This document shows positions 25,798-39,776 of a stretch of DNA of 64,000 bases, piece after piece. A model generated the notes under the pieces. The model made no database searches. It worked only from the letters and a program-made list of their open reading frames with translations, and was not told where the DNA came from. How positions within the stretch are numbered: position 1 is the first letter of the stretch; each line of letters begins with the position of its first letter. Made by a program: the position numbers and the translations under genes. Origin of the DNA: Podarcis filfolensis (taxonomy: Eukaryota); the NCBI GenBank assembly GCA_964270895.1, contig OZ185450.1; one strand, written 5' to 3'.

Positions 25798-28608
25798 ATT
25801 TCTAGTTTATACAGCAGGTCCAATTCTCCATCCGTCACCCCCCTTTCAAGACAGCAAAGCCACCCAACAGACAGCAAATATGCCTGCATGATTAGATATC
25901 TGTTTGTCCCTTCAGAACAACACCCCCTTACATTTCTGACCATGCGGGTGGGAGGGTGGTTGGTAACACAGAATTCCCTGCAAGCAGTAAACTAGCAGAG
26001 CAGTCTACAGGCTGGCAGGGAGCTTTGCTTATTTATTTATTTTCCAAATTGGGGAGGATACAACAAAATGCACACACACACCACTTGCAATCTGGGACAG
26101 TCCACTCAGGACTTCACCAGCTCATTCTGCTGCATGAGTACGCCAGGAGAAAAAAAGCATTTTACCCTGTACAGAAGTGGATCAAAACAAACTGATATAG
26201 GCTAAAAAATTTACATGTGTCCTTCTTTGGCTGGTGTTCTTAGTATTCTCAGGGATGCTGGAAGATCATCTATCTCCTTCACTTGATGAAGTCACTATAC
26301 CGCTGGAGCTGCTGTTACTAACCAGGGCTTGAAAAATCCCATGCAGCAGGTTGCCTGGGAGCGTACAGGCACAATTCCCCCACTCCTGCACTGCCATGGC
26401 AATCTGCTGCCTAAAAACAAAAACAAAGACCATTTCCCCCAGAGTTTACCAATATTGTTCAGGAAACATATCGGCAAATGGTACTTCCAGGCAGCTCAAT
26501 GGCAGTGTCCATTAACAAGCTGCTTTTATAACATGAATAGACAGCCGGCTTATTATATTTCTCCTTAACCTTTCCACGAAGCCATGCAGCGGTGGGGTAA
26601 GGGAAGGTCGATTTTACTGGTGGCTACCGACATCTGCCTGAGCCATGTTTTGCCCAGTGATAAACATGCACCCAGCTGTGTGTACAATGCCTGCTCAAGG
26701 GATGAAGAAAGGAGTCTTTGCTTTGTGGGAGCTGACGGCGGAAAAGGAGGGGGGGCGAGGCAGCAGAGAGGTGGAAGAGGGAGATGGATTAAGGAGATAT
26801 TGGCTATTTCATTATCCAAACGCTTCACTTAAGAAGCAAAACAACCCAGAGATTCATTAAGAGAAACACTCAGCCGTCCAGGCCCTCCAGGAGGTCTGCT
26901 GCTCGCTAATAAGTCATGGCGGAGCTGGGCTGCTGCCACCTAAGAGCGCAAGAGGACCCTTAATAATCACTCTTCATTTGACTAATGACAACCCGTTGGC
27001 TAGCAAGGAGCAAATTGCAAGCACCAAGGAGGGACCTTGAGGCTGCTGCTGCCTGCACTGGATTCAGCAGAATAAATCTACCCATCCATCTGCCAACCTG
27101 CCTGCTCTTCCTTGTGTGAGGAAGATCCCAAGGAGCCCCTTTGGCTGCAAAAGGCTGCAAGACACAAAACAACTCTCAAGGTTCTTCCGATTAATGGGGC
27201 TCTTCTTCCTCCACCCTCATGTCCCACCCTCACCCTAAGACACAGCCTTGATCCCAGACTGGAGCATGCTCCTTAGAGTCTACAATGCACAATTAGCCAA
27301 TATGAATATTGTCTTCCAATTAAAATCCTTTCCACCAAGAGCTTTTTTTAAAAAACAACCCCACCCATCACTTCTTTTTCCTATATCCTTCTGGCTTCGC
27401 AACTCAGCATGAGAAGGGAATTAGCTTGGTGTGACTGCATAGCTGCCACTGTGAAGAGGAAGAACTTTGCAAAAGGAAGACCTCTTCCAAGTGGGGGAGG
27501 AATATGTGGCCACCATGGGGAGATGGAAAAGTCAAATGCCAGAGCTGGTCCTACTATTAGGCAGAGTGAGGAAGCTGTCTCAGGTGGCAGCTGCTGAAGG
27601 GAAGGGAATGCTGGCAATTGTCATTAGCCCATTGACCTCTGGTTTGGTTTGGTTTGGCAGCTCCATGTGGATGAGGATGCAGAGTGAGGAGATGAAGCAG
27701 GGTTGAAGGCTGATACCCCAGGATGGAGGATGGAGGTTCTCTCCTTTTCACCCCAAGCATCAGGGAGGGTGAAGCTGGTCTCTTGGCTCTCTCCACTGCT
27801 CCTCCTGCAAAGTGCAGAGCGTCATTGTGGAGGAGGGGTGACTTTGACCAGCTAAGGGAGGTGACAGCAATCTTGGCACCAAGAACCAGGCACCACCTTC
27901 ATCGATGGGATCAGATGCAACTGCTCAGATGAAGCGTGTTTGCCTGTGTGGCATTCCTGTAAAGCAGGTGAGCTTGCCACACCTCATCTCCCAAAAGCTG
28001 GGCAGCAAGTGCATGACAACTGTTGGGACATATTTGTTGCTTCTGTTTATTTCTGAATCTCTTCATTTGCTCTTATACTTTGGAATCTTTACTCTTAGAA
28101 CCTGTGCTTGCTGCTGAACCTAGGCCACTACTACTCTGGATATAGATCTCTTTCTTACTCACAAGTAAGAGCCTCCGTCGCCATGTTTTGGATGGGACAG
28201 GACAGCAAGGTGTTGGAAGAGAATGCTGTGTTTGTCACATGCGGTCTCCCTTGCATACCCTAAGCTAGCCAGAAGTGTGGAAGAGGATGCTGTTCTATCA
28301 TCAGAGTTGAAATTAGATTCATCCGCCAGTCCGGCCAGATTATCTACATGGGACGGGGGGAAAGTCACCTCGTCCTTTGCCTCAGATGGCAACGTATCTC
28401 AGGCCAGCCCTACCAAAGGTCCACCTAGTCCAGCATCCTCTTCTCACAGCAACCAAACAATAGGAAGTGGTCTAGAAACAGGATGGCCAACTTGGCTGTG
28501 AAAAAGGGAAGATCTGAGGGTACGGAAGTGTTGCTGTTCATAGATTATCATCTCCAAAGACTATAACGGAAGGTAATTGCATCTTAGTTGTGCTGAAGGA
28601 GTATCTAT

Positions 28609-29052
28609 TAGGGATGACAATATGTCCATTTTAGTTTTTTCTCAGTTTATGTATTTTCCAGTCTTATTTCAATTTCCATATCAGTTTGTGATAAATAGTG
28701 TGTGAGAGAGAAGTCCTCATGAAAATCCATCAGCATTTTAGTGCAAATTTCTCCTAAATTGCACTTTTGCATGCACTTTTGCCGAATATACACATTTTTG
28801 CAAAGTGATTTTACTTAATATAATGTTCTTTTTGTATGTGGTAGTCATTAATATACACATTTGCATGCACACTTTACCCTAATATATGCATTTTTATGCA
28901 CAGTACTTGGCTGAAGAATGGCAATGCAAAATTCAGAGATATGTGAAATTTGAACAACGGCTGGATTTCCGATCACACATTGTCTGGGAAAATGTTGATT
29001 AGGTAAGCTCACCTTTAAATGCAAACGGAATCAAATATCTGCCCCATCCCCA
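28609..29052 (-). mobile_element. Near full-length TAGGGATG-family element (probable hAT MITE)
   Basis: Termini TAGGGATG...CATCCCCA form an imperfect TIR reminiscent of Ac-type hAT ends. The interior matches the other copies. TSD not preserved. Confidence 0.6.
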
Positions 29053-30573
29053 GTGTAAACTTAACCTGCTAACAAAATGTATTGTCATAGTATGCTTGTA
29101 TTCATATCCCACTTTTTCTCCAAGGAGCTCAGTTCTCCCCCTTCCCAATGTTAACCTCAAAACAACTGTGGTGGATTCTACACACATATAAAAAAAGTTT
29201 GTTGTTTTTTTAAAGCATCTTTTTAAAAAAATACATTGATTTTTCCATATGGCTCACCATCGTCATCTAGTGTCACATTGGATATTTGCACTTAAAACAC
29301 ACTTAAAATGTTTTATTAGCAGCTGTAAAGCTGAGTCCCCTGCGTGGTAGATTAGGCTAAGGTTCAAGGTCAGCCAGAGAGCTTCATGGCAGGCGGATGA
29401 AACAGTCTCTTGAGATCAAATGGGCAGAGCATTAATCTAACTGGTCTGATTTCTTTCTGATGTTGTGCTGGGACTCTTGAGATGGGAAACGGACGAAATA
29501 TTCAGAACTTAGACAGCAAAAGGCTATTACAGAGGTCAAATGGGCTGTGCAACTCTGGAAGTGGCAGGAAATCTCCAAAGAAATGTGCTCCCAAGAGTTC
29601 GGAACTGAATCAAGCAGCCCCAAACGGAGCATAGATGAAATTAGTTTTAATATTGTTAAGCACGGCAATATCCCCCCACAAAGACAGGCACGCATGCACA
29701 CAAAAAGCCTGGCATATGCGCCTGCCAAAGCTGAAACGGATGCATGGAGAGAGGCAAAACATATGGGTGCCCATCTGGCAAAAAGCATACAGCTAGACCT
29801 TGCCTACATTTCACGTATCCAGGAAGCAGCAGCGGTAGCAGCAGCCGTGTTGGTGAGCAGACATTTCTTTGCAAAAAAAAAAAAAAAACCAACAACCCTC
29901 CCACAAAACCTGCGAGGAACAGCTTGCTTGTCCACAACTGTTTTACAAAGCAAGAGATGAATAACCTTGATTTCTCATCTATGGCACCTCGCTCCTGCTC
30001 TCGGAGGATTTAATTAGCCCCTAAACAGGTTCTCAGACAAGAAACAGAGTCTGGTAGCTTTGGAGACAATATTTATATATATATATAAAGAAGAAGAGGC
30101 TGCGAGAAAAACCTAGCTGATGTGACAAGTGGCTGTACTGGGTGCCTCTTGTTAGTCACTTGGCTTGTTGTTGTTTCTTCTTGGCTTAGGTCATCCCTAA
30201 CACTGTGATTAGGCGTTAGAATGGGCAGGAAAAGAGCTGGTTGAATGGCACTGCAGCATCGACAAAAAGCCCCCAAATGAGGCAGGGAATGGTAGGAGTG
30301 GGGCAGACCTCTAAGCACACAGGCATTTTTCATTGTATACTTCCACACTCCAAATGCTGGAGGGAGAAAGGAATATAATATTGGGGACAAAGAGAGATAT
30401 AGAGAGAGGACTATTGTGGAGCCTGATTCTGACTGGAAAGTACAGAGCTCCGGTTTAACCGTGCAGGGCTCTTGACGGCAGAAGTGCAGCCTGATATGGC
30501 ACAGAGCTTTGGGGTCCTGCTCATCTAGATCCCCCAAGCAAAACACTGGCTGGTTTGCCGTTTGCCAACAGAC

Positions 30574-30679
30574 CAATAGGTGTGGATTGCAACCGCAATT
30601 GAGGGGGCTGATGTTGCGTGTCCTGCGTGATGTTGAGGGGGCTCAGTCCCCTCCTTAAAAACTTTGGCCTCCGCCCCTG
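30574..30679. mobile_element. hAT (Tip100-like) MITE
   Basis: Perfect 8-bp TSD CAACAGAC at 30566-30573 and 30680-30687. Imperfect TIR CAATAGGTGTGGA / CCTCCGCCCCTG. Confidence 0.8.
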
Positions 30680-31649
30680 CAACAGACAATGGTGTTCACC
30701 ATTTTCTGCCACACCTTCAGTTGTGACCTCCCACTATAAATTACTTGTTTAATTTCTTTAATTGATTTCTTTAATTGTTTGTTTGCAGGTCCACCATAAT
30801 GGTTCAGCCACCTGTTGTCATATTTGGGAAACACTTATAAACAGCTCTGTGCGTTGCATCTCTAGGAGGAGCAGAGCAATCCACAGCATGGGTGGGGAAT
30901 CTGTGGCCCTTCAGATATTGTTGGACTCTAGCTCCCATCAGCCATGGTGGCATGACCAGTAGCCAGGGATTATGGGAGTTGGAGTACAGCAATAGCTGGA
31001 AGATCCACCACTGATCCAGTGGGCTAAGGATTAGGTGCAGGGTGGAGAGGTGAGGAATGGGAATCAATGGAAGAGCTCAAACTTCATTTCTTTGGATAGA
31101 AGTATTTAGCACAGAGTTTTCTTCCATTTTTTGCAGTGGTGGGTGTGAAGATTGGGTTACACAAAGATTGGTGGATGATCAAGGAAATTATAATTATTGT
31201 GTGCTTAAATATGCTTCAGCAACCTGGTTATATTCCTGGGGCACAATGTCCATGGAAATTGTAGTATTTTTTTATTTTTTTAAAAAGTAGAAGGGTGGCT
31301 GAAGGAGGGAAGTTGGGTCTACAGTCACCTCCAGAGTCCAGACTGTCATTATTCTGTAGGAGGCGTTGCAAATTTAAAGTAGATTAAAGTGCTTCGTAAC
31401 CTCATATTGAAAGGTAAGATGAAAAATGTTTTAAAAATTAATTGTTCTCATTTTTTTTTAGATGAGGGAGAGAAATGGGTTGATATATGGGGGGAGGGGT
31501 GTTTGGCCCAGTCTAAGACCTTGCCTGATTTTAATTAGTGTAGCCTAATTGCAAAAATAAATGAAATCACCCTTAATTTTAAAAATCCCTGATCAGAAAT
31601 AATGGAGGAGTGGTCCATTGGAAGAAACTGTTCCTAAACCTGAGTGATT

Positions 31650-31686
<37 letters not shown>

Positions 31687-31977
31687 CCCAAACAAGCACC
31701 ACTGCTTTGAAGCAGGCACTCAGGGGCTGAAGAGCTTTCCTGGTGCATCTGCTACCTTTAGAAGCGGCTGCAAAAACTAATTGCTTCAATCCCGTCCCCC
31801 CTGCTCCCCCCCTTAAGAATGAATGGGAGGAAAAAGAAGAAAAAAATCTTTTTCAGAACATCTTAAATTCAGGGAGCGACACAGCAGAGAATAAATTGGA
31901 GAAGGTGTGATGCAGCTGCACAACCCAAAATATCTCTTGGTAAAGGCTGATGAGTAAGATCTGGAAGAAGAAACAGG

Positions 31978-31986
31978 ACACACACA

Positions 31987-32033
<47 letters not shown>
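31978..32033. repeat. (AC)n(AG)n microsatellite
   Basis: Direct reading. Confidence 0.95.
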
Positions 32034-32036
<3 letters not shown>

Positions 32037-32320
32037 ACTTTCTATCCAATTAGGTATAACTTGTGAAAGTTCTTCTTCAATTAAGAATAGCCAGTGGTTT
32101 ACGTAAGGTTCATCAATTGGCGGACCCTGAGCCAAATTCAGTCCCTTGAGTAATGCACACCATACATTTAAAGCACTACGACACCACTTCAAAGAGTTTG
32201 CCTAGGGTACTGAGAGTTGTCAAGGGATCCCCCTATTCCCTTCACACAGTGGCAGAGTTCCCTAGCAAGAGGGAGTGATTGCTAAATCACTCTGGGAATT
32301 GTAGCTCTGGCTGGGGAATA

Positions 32321-32980
32321 CAGTGGTACCTTGGTTCTCAAACTTAATCTGTTCCAGAAGTCTGTTCCAAAACCAAAGCGTTCTAGAATCAAGGCACGCT
32401 TTCCCATAGAAAGCAATGCAAAACGGATTAATCCGTTCCAGACTTTTAATAACAATCCCTAAAACATTAATTTAACATGAATTTTACTATCAAACAAGAC
32501 CATTGATCCATAAAATGAAAGCAATAATCAATGTACTGTACTATAAAACAAATAAGACAGTATTGTAGATGACAAAAATCTAATTATTATTTTTCCTTAC
32601 CTACGTTAACGATAGTTATTGTTTGGATTGGGGGGGGGGGGCTTTATCCATTTCCGCAGTCACACAATCAATCAATCAGTAGCTGGACTGGGTTCCACAC
32701 AGTCACAAAAACAAATTAACTGAAAAAAGCCTCAAAAACAAAAACACAAAATAAATAGCAAAAACATAAGCACCAAACTTAATCCATTCCAGAAGTCTCT
32801 TTGACTTTTGAAATGTTCGAAAACCAAGGTGCAGCTTCTGATTGGTGCAGGTGCCCTGGAAACAATAGCTGACAGCCGCATCAGATGTTCGGTTTCCGAA
32901 AAACGTTCAAAAACCGGTACACTTATTTCTGAGTTTTCGGTGTTTGAGAACCAAGGCGTTTGAGAACCAAGGTAGCACTG
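32321..32980. mobile_element. Tc1/mariner (pogo/Tigger-like) non-autonomous element nested in an older MITE
   Basis: TA TSD on both sides; TIRs CAGTGGTACCTTGGTTCTCAAAC / GTTTGAGAACCAAGGTAGCACTG. Confidence 0.9.
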
Positions 32981-33410
32981 TATGGGGTCCTCCAGCCTTC
33001 TGTATGGTGTGAATGTAGACCTGGTCTTACAGCTACCTATCAAAGCAACATAGGGAGCTGTTTTCTACACTGTGTTGAAATCTACGCAGTGTTTAAGCTC
33101 TATTATAGCGCTACAGTTTGCTCCAAGAGGAAAAAGAGAGTCCATGAATTAGAAGCATCTGTGGCAATGGGTAGTTGTGTTTTGTTAGAGGTGGGGCACA
33201 GGCCATTGTCAGCCCTCCTGCTCCAACCCTTCCTCAAAGCACACACACACCTCAAATTCACTGCTAACTCGAGGCTTGATTCCAAAGTGCTAGGGCTCTT
33301 TTTAGCAATCTGTGTCAGGTTGTCAGCAGCCACGAGCCAGGGTAGTACGGTGGGGAAGGTCTTGGATTTAGACTGAAACCTGGGTTCAAATCCCAACTGG
33401 GCAGTGCTAA

Positions 33411-33842
33411 TAGGGATGGGAGAGCAAACAATTAAATTTGCATTTAAAGGCACATCTGACAAATCCATGCTTTCTGAAAGGATGTGAGAACAGCCATCTT
33501 CAAAACTCAGCAGTTTTCTAGTTTTCAAAACACACGTTGCTAACCCAAGTAATGGGTACAAAAATGCATATATTGCAATAAAGGATGCCTAGGGGTGCAC
33601 AAGTGAGTGAAGCAACATACAGAAATGCATTATGCTGGAGGAAGTAACTTTGCAGAAAGGGGGGGACAGTATATTAGACAGCACTGTACACAAAAATGCA
33701 CACATTAGGGAAATTTGCACTAAAATGTTGATGGATTTTCATGAGCACTTTTTGAAAATACCCACAACCTAATGTGGAAATGTGGATTGGGCGGGAGGGG
33801 AGTTGAGAAACTGAGAGATTGACAAGTCGTTGCCAGTCTGTA
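33411..33842 (+). mobile_element. TAGGGATG-family element
   Basis: Starts TAGGGATGGG; interior colinear with 14268-14721. Confidence 0.55.
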
Positions 33843-33950
33843 CATGAAACAACTTTCTTCCAGTCCATCCGACTGCACAAGACTGTTGTTTGTATTAAGT
33901 GGGAGTGATCCTTGGAGCAAAAGATGTGGGGCTATCAAATGCCACGCACA

Positions 33951-33989
<39 letters not shown>

Positions 33990-34371
33990 GAAGCCCTGCA
34001 GCTTCATTCTAGATGTGTGTGTGTTAGAGAGAGAAGGCAGAGCGATTATATAAGGAGCTTTTGGATCCAGTCACCCTACCAGGAATTCCCATGCCTCAGC
34101 TCCCAAGCAGCTGCTTACTGTGCAGCTCTGAATTAGTCACTTCTCTCCACGGAGCCTTGTTTCTCCATCTGCTAAATGCAGACAATAATATTTTTCGATC
34201 TCCCTGGAGAGGCTGCAAACCTGAATTTGCTAATGTTTGTCAAGATGACTTGGGTTTATTAAGACTCAATAAAGTATCCTTTTAGAGAGGTTGTGCAATT
34301 TCCAGTCCCAGCAGGGAGCCTAAGTGGAAATGCAAAAAAAAATAAGAAAAGATAGAAAAGGGAGTGGGGTG

Positions 34372-34445
34372 AGGAAGGAAGGAAGGAAGGAAGGAAGGGA
34401 GACAGGAGGAAGGAAGGAAGGGAGACAGGAGGAAGGAAAGAAGGA
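34372..34445. repeat. (GGAA)n-rich purine tract
   Basis: Direct reading. Confidence 0.9.
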
Positions 34446-34494
34446 AAAGAAGCCAGAGCATAACTTTCTTCAAACCACATCAAAATGATTGTTA

Positions 34495-34760
34495 CTGATC
34501 ACAATTTATATTGCCCTTCCTCCAGAAAGCTTAGGATCATGTACATAGTCCTGCTTCGGCATTTTATCCTCATAATGACCCTCAGAGTTAGGTTAGGCTA
34601 ACACAGAGAAAGACAGACAGACAAATTGAGAGGGAGAGGGAGAGCGTGCATGTCATGTGTGTACCATGACCAGAATCAGCCTGCGAGGCTAAGTGGGGAT
34701 CTTGAACCCGGGTCTCTCTGCTTCTAACCCAGCACTCTAACTACTACAACCACACTGGCT
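34495..34760 (-). mobile_element. tRNA-derived SINE with L2-like tail, degraded
   Basis: CTTGAACCCGGGTCTC...CTCTAACTACTACAACCACACTGGCT is the reverse complement of the same head as 15754-15979. Confidence 0.55.
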
Positions 34761-36064
34761 TCAAAGATCCCTGCAGTGTGGTGGTAATTTTCCCCAAGGC
34801 GCATTTCAACCTCCTTTGTGGTACAATAGTTTTGGAATAAATTAAGATTAGCTGGGGGGTGGAGTCAGTTTGATTAGCAATCTCCCCCCCCCCAAAAAAA
34901 AAACAATGAAAAAACCACGTATGAGAGATTAGCTGAGTTAAGGAACAGTCAGGAACAAGGGTTTCCCCATTTTCCTATGTTTTTCTGCCATGAATATAAC
35001 ACAAGGTATGGAAGCAATTGCTGTGGTTGGCCTGGGGTTATATTCATATATATATATTCCTTAAAACATTTACCAGAAGCCAAGATGCCTTTGAAAAAAT
35101 CTTTAGGCTTATATAAATATGTATTTAGGATCAACTAAATACATACCAGGGATTTCTACTATCTGAAAGATGTCTCGCTTCAGTGACTGCAGAGGTAAAA
35201 AAAGGAGACGGCTGTTATACATATTTCTGATGCATTATGCTTTCCGACTCATATTCTTCTAAGTGCTGAGCATGTGCTATGTGCTTTTACAGTGCAAGCG
35301 AAGGATGGCTTCAAGTGGCAGCCCGCAGACAGATTCACTTTCCCAGATCAAATTTATTTGTCTTCTCAATGGTCCTACCAAATTTTAATCAGGGTGTGGG
35401 AAAATATTTGCCCAGAGAGGTGCACTAGCAATGACTTTTTTAAAAAAAATGTTTCAATATGTTAGAAATGGGCATTATAATTTTATTTTTATAAATGTTT
35501 TGCGGCTGCTGAGTTCTGCTGATGATTTTGGCAAATGAATTGTAGCTTACGATTTTAATGCTGCTACAATATTCAGCTTTTTATCGGTAGTGTGTTGAAT
35601 TACTAGGAGCTGTGTATTGCATTGATGTTTGCCATTGTTTGTTCTGTGAATGTCAGTTTTGACTATTTGTTCATTTCGGAAATGTACTTGATTGATATTG
35701 AATGCTGCTGCATTTATAGCAGTTGCGTTCAGTAGTTGCGAAACAAAACAAGTACAAAAACAAATCTGACTCCACTTGATATTCCACACTTCTCCCTTCC
35801 CTCACCCATTTTGGGTGTAGTAAGTGTTAAACATTTAAATGTACAGATTTTTTAATGGAAACACTACTCATGTGCTTAGTCGTGTGAGATGGTGGCGACT
35901 TGACTTCAGAGTCCACCCACTCGTGAAGGAATCCATTTGTAAGGTTGGATATACTGTTGGCTACAGGATTACTGCCAGCAGAACAGAGCAGCCCTCTAAC
36001 ATTCAGAAGCTGGCCATTCCCAGAGTACAATAATACAAACTGTATAATAAATTGTATAATAATA

Positions 36065-37290
36065 TAAATTGTAGAACTAGAAAGGATCCCAAGGGTCATC
36101 TACAACTTCCTGTAATACAGGAATCTCAACTAAAGCATCCCTTACAGATAGCTATCCAACATCTTCTTACAAACCTCCACTGAAGGAGAATCCACCACCT
36201 CCCAAGGGAGTCCATTTCACTGCCAAACAGCTCTTACTGTCAAAAAGTTATTCCTATTGTTTAGTTGCAATCACCTTTATTGTTATTTGAATCCATTGGC
36301 TTTGGTTCTATCCTCCAGAGAAGGAGTAACCAAATATTCCAGAGAAGCAGTAACCAAGCTTGCTCCATCTTCCATGTGACAACCCCTTAGATATTTGAAA
36401 ATGACTACAGTGGTACCTCGAGTTAGAAACGCCTCAGGTTACAAACGCTTCAGGTTGCAAACTCCGCTAACCCTGAAGAGTTACCTCGAGTTGAGAACTT
36501 TGCCCCCGGATGAGAACGGAAATTATGTGCCGGCGGCGCAGCGGCAGCAAGAGGCCCCATTAGCGAAAGCATGCCTCTAGTTAAGAACAGTTTCATGTTA
36601 AGAACGGACCTCCAGAATGAATTAAGTTCGTAACTGGAGGTACCACTGTATTATATTTCCTCTCAGTCTTCTCTTTGCCAGGCTAAACATTCCCAGTTCC
36701 CTCAACTGTTCCTCATAAGGCTTGGTTTCCAGATCCTTGAAAATCTTGGTTGCCCTTCTCTGCACATGTTCTAGCTTGTCAATAGCCTTCTTAAATGGTG
36801 GTGCCCAGAACTGGACACAGTATCCCAAGTTTGGCCTGACCAAGACAAAATGAAGCAATACTATTATGTCCATTGAGTTGGACACTATACTTCTGTTGAT
36901 GCAGCCTAGAATAGCATGAACTCTTTTTTTGCTGCTGCATCACACTGTTGACTCATGTTGAGCTTGTAATCTTTAAAAACCCTAGATCCTTTCCACATGT
37001 ACCAAAGGCAATCCAGGTGCCCCCAATCTTGCTTTGGTGCAGATGGTTATTCCTCCCTAATTGCAGAACCTGACATATGTCTCTATTGAAATTCATTTTG
37101 TTAGTTTGGGCCCAGTTCTCCAATCAGTTAAGGTCATCTTGAATCCCGATTCTGTCTTCTTTGGCATTAGTTACCCCTCCCAGTTTGGTGTCATTTGCAA
37201 ATCTGATGAGCTTCCTATCAATTCCTCTACCCAAGCCTTTTATGAAGGTGTTGAACAACGATGGTCCAAGAACAGGACCCTGGTGACTCC
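36065..37290 (-). mobile_element. CR1 LINE, 5'-truncated (RT domain to 3' end)
   Basis: Translations QGPVLGPSLFNTFI...IRFANDTKLGG (RT; FADD-like motif) and LVRPNLGYCVQFWAP...VQRRATK...LRELGMFSLAKRRLRG match CR1 ORF2. Interrupted by a MITE at 36408-36648. Confidence 0.95.
36408..36648. mobile_element. Tc1/mariner (Tigger-like) MITE inserted in CR1
   Basis: TA TSD; TIRs CAGTGGTACCTC / GAGGTACCACTG. Confidence 0.92.
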
Positions 37291-39189
37291 GGGTTAGAAG
37301 CTGAGCCACAATGTATCAGATTACTCTCCCTCCCCCAAATATTTATGCTATTTTTCTTTTCTTTTTCTCAAACCTCAAGAACAGGGTTGGGGAACCTCAG
37401 GTTGGGGGTCCAAATGTGGCTGTACAGTCCTGTCTCTCTGGCCCTCAGGACTCTCCCTAGGCCACCCCCCCCCTTATAAACCTTGCTTCACATCCTTCTT
37501 TGACTGGTTTTACCTGGCTAAAATGTGAGCTCTGAAGATTGCCCAGAAAGGAACAAGATCCTCAGGCTGAATGTGTAAGATACAAGATGGTGACCAAACT
37601 GCCAACACAGTTTTTGCTGCTATTGCCACTTGCAGCAGCAGTGAAACACATATCTGCAGAAGCACTATCTGGTCTGCACTCGCTTAGCAGTTTATTCTGT
37701 TTTCATGCCTTTTCCCTAATAATTTTCATGTTATACTTGAGCTGTCGCACAATACAAAATGTGGAACTATAGCAGAATACAGGGTAGTTTTATCAGGCAT
37801 TTCCATATTATTTGCAAATTTTTTTCCCTGGAAGCAGAGAACCCACAGAAATGAGCACTAAACTTGCACTCTATTCCACTATAATTCCAGAAGGGGCTTT
37901 TGTGTTGTGTGGAAGCTCAAATGTAAAGTTGAATTTAACAGGGAAAAGTCATGAAAACAGAATAAACTGCTCTGTGAGTTCAGCCTTTCTCTGCCCATCA
38001 ATCAGGTGAATAACTCTGAGAGGCCACAGTGAGGTAAGTAGGCCAATGACCTGACTTTGATCTCTGATTATTTTTTAAAATCCTTTAGTAAGTCTCAATA
38101 TCATCATTTGGGTAATTTAGATTCAAATCATTTTATCCCAATAACTTAAAATCCCAACAGTCATACTTTTGAAAAGGGTGTATTAAGAGATATCACTGAA
38201 GCAGAAAGGAATACAAAAGGGTTTATCACAATTGTACTTTGAAAGAAAGATTAGCATTGGAGCAGCAAGGTAATAATCCCAATATTTTGTTAAAGCCTGC
38301 TGACTGATGGGCAACTGCAGTGGTTTTGAAAGCCTTTTCCACATTAGCCCTGCTCTCCGTGTTGAAACCATTTTCACCAAAGGGAGAGGTGAGATCATGT
38401 TCACACCATCAGCAAAGTCTGAAAGTGCATATAAACATGTATGTGTGGTCCAACATCACCAACAGAAATTCCACAGCCCTCATGTTCATATTAAGTCAAA
38501 CATCTTCCCAATGTTATTGTTACAATGCCTATTAACTGCGGGTGGTAGTCTTGAATGATGACTATAAAATTGTATTAAGGCATTTGGACATGATGCAAAA
38601 TTCGGTTTGGAAATCTTGTAATCAGTAAATATATTGATGTGCTAAGACTGAAAGCAAGGTTGGGTAATATGACGCTGTTGGACTACAGTCCCTACAGTCC
38701 TGACCACTGGCTGATGGGAGCTGGAAACCAACAACATTGAGAGGTCTGCAGGTTCTCCATCCTTGATTCAAAGGTGGATATATCTTTCCCTGGTTTTGGA
38801 AAAACCACTGCCTTGCCACAATTTTGTGTGTGGCTCTGGTTGGTGGACCTTGGGCTTTAAGTGAAGCAAACTTAGCTGTTGGTTTGCTACTGACCTAAGT
38901 TGAAGGGGCTAGTTTTCATGTAGAAAGCACTACACAGCTTGGGACAACATCTTTCATCATCTGATATACCTAATTGACACCTAATTATATACCTTATAGA
39001 CACTGTGCTCTGCAGCTGTGGTCCTCCTGCAGATACCATCTTTGGCCAGGGTGCTGTCTGATCTATTTTCCTTTGTATAAGAACAAGCATGAAGGAGGCC
39101 TTCCAGCCTGTTCATAGGTCCTTATATGATCAGTGAAAACAGTTGGTCCTAGCAAGTATTAACCACTCTCAATCTTAACCTGATAACTG

Positions 39190-39330
39190 CCATTTGTGCA
39201 GATTTTAATTTGTCTGAATTAATTTTAAGATGTATTTTAATTAATTGATGCCTGTTTTTATGTATACTGTGTTATTCATATGATGTTAGCCGCTCTGAGC
39301 CCAGCTCCAGCTGGGGAGGGCGGGGTTTAA

Positions 39331-39390
<60 letters not shown>

Positions 39391-39391
39391 T
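39190..39391 (+). mobile_element. LINE 3' end with (TTA)n tail
   Basis: GTTAGCCGCTCTGAGCCC...GGGCGGGGTTTAAA followed by (TTA)n at 39332-39391. Confidence 0.55.
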
Positions 39392-39776
39392 CCATTCTGC
39401 CCTTTGAAGCTACTCTTCAGCAGGCACCATCTTTTTGGCACCTACTTAAGACCTTCCTTTTCCAACAAGTCATTTAGGAAAAGATCTTTACCAGTCTGCA
39501 TCTGCAGTGGAATTGCTTTTAGATCTTTTATCATTTGTGTGTAGATTCTGCAAGCCTGATGTCTGCCCAGGCCTGTTCTCTGCTCCATATTGAATTCAAG
39601 AGGGTGCTGGGCAAGCCTGTTTGATCTCAGCATTGTCCCATATGAAATAAGGGAGCATCCCACATCCTTTTCTGCAGCTGTGCATTGCAGAGAACGTGGT
39701 GGTGAGCAAAGAAACAGCCTTTTCAGGCAGCTTGTATGGCATTACTGATAGTTCCATGGGGGCAAGACATTGCTAC

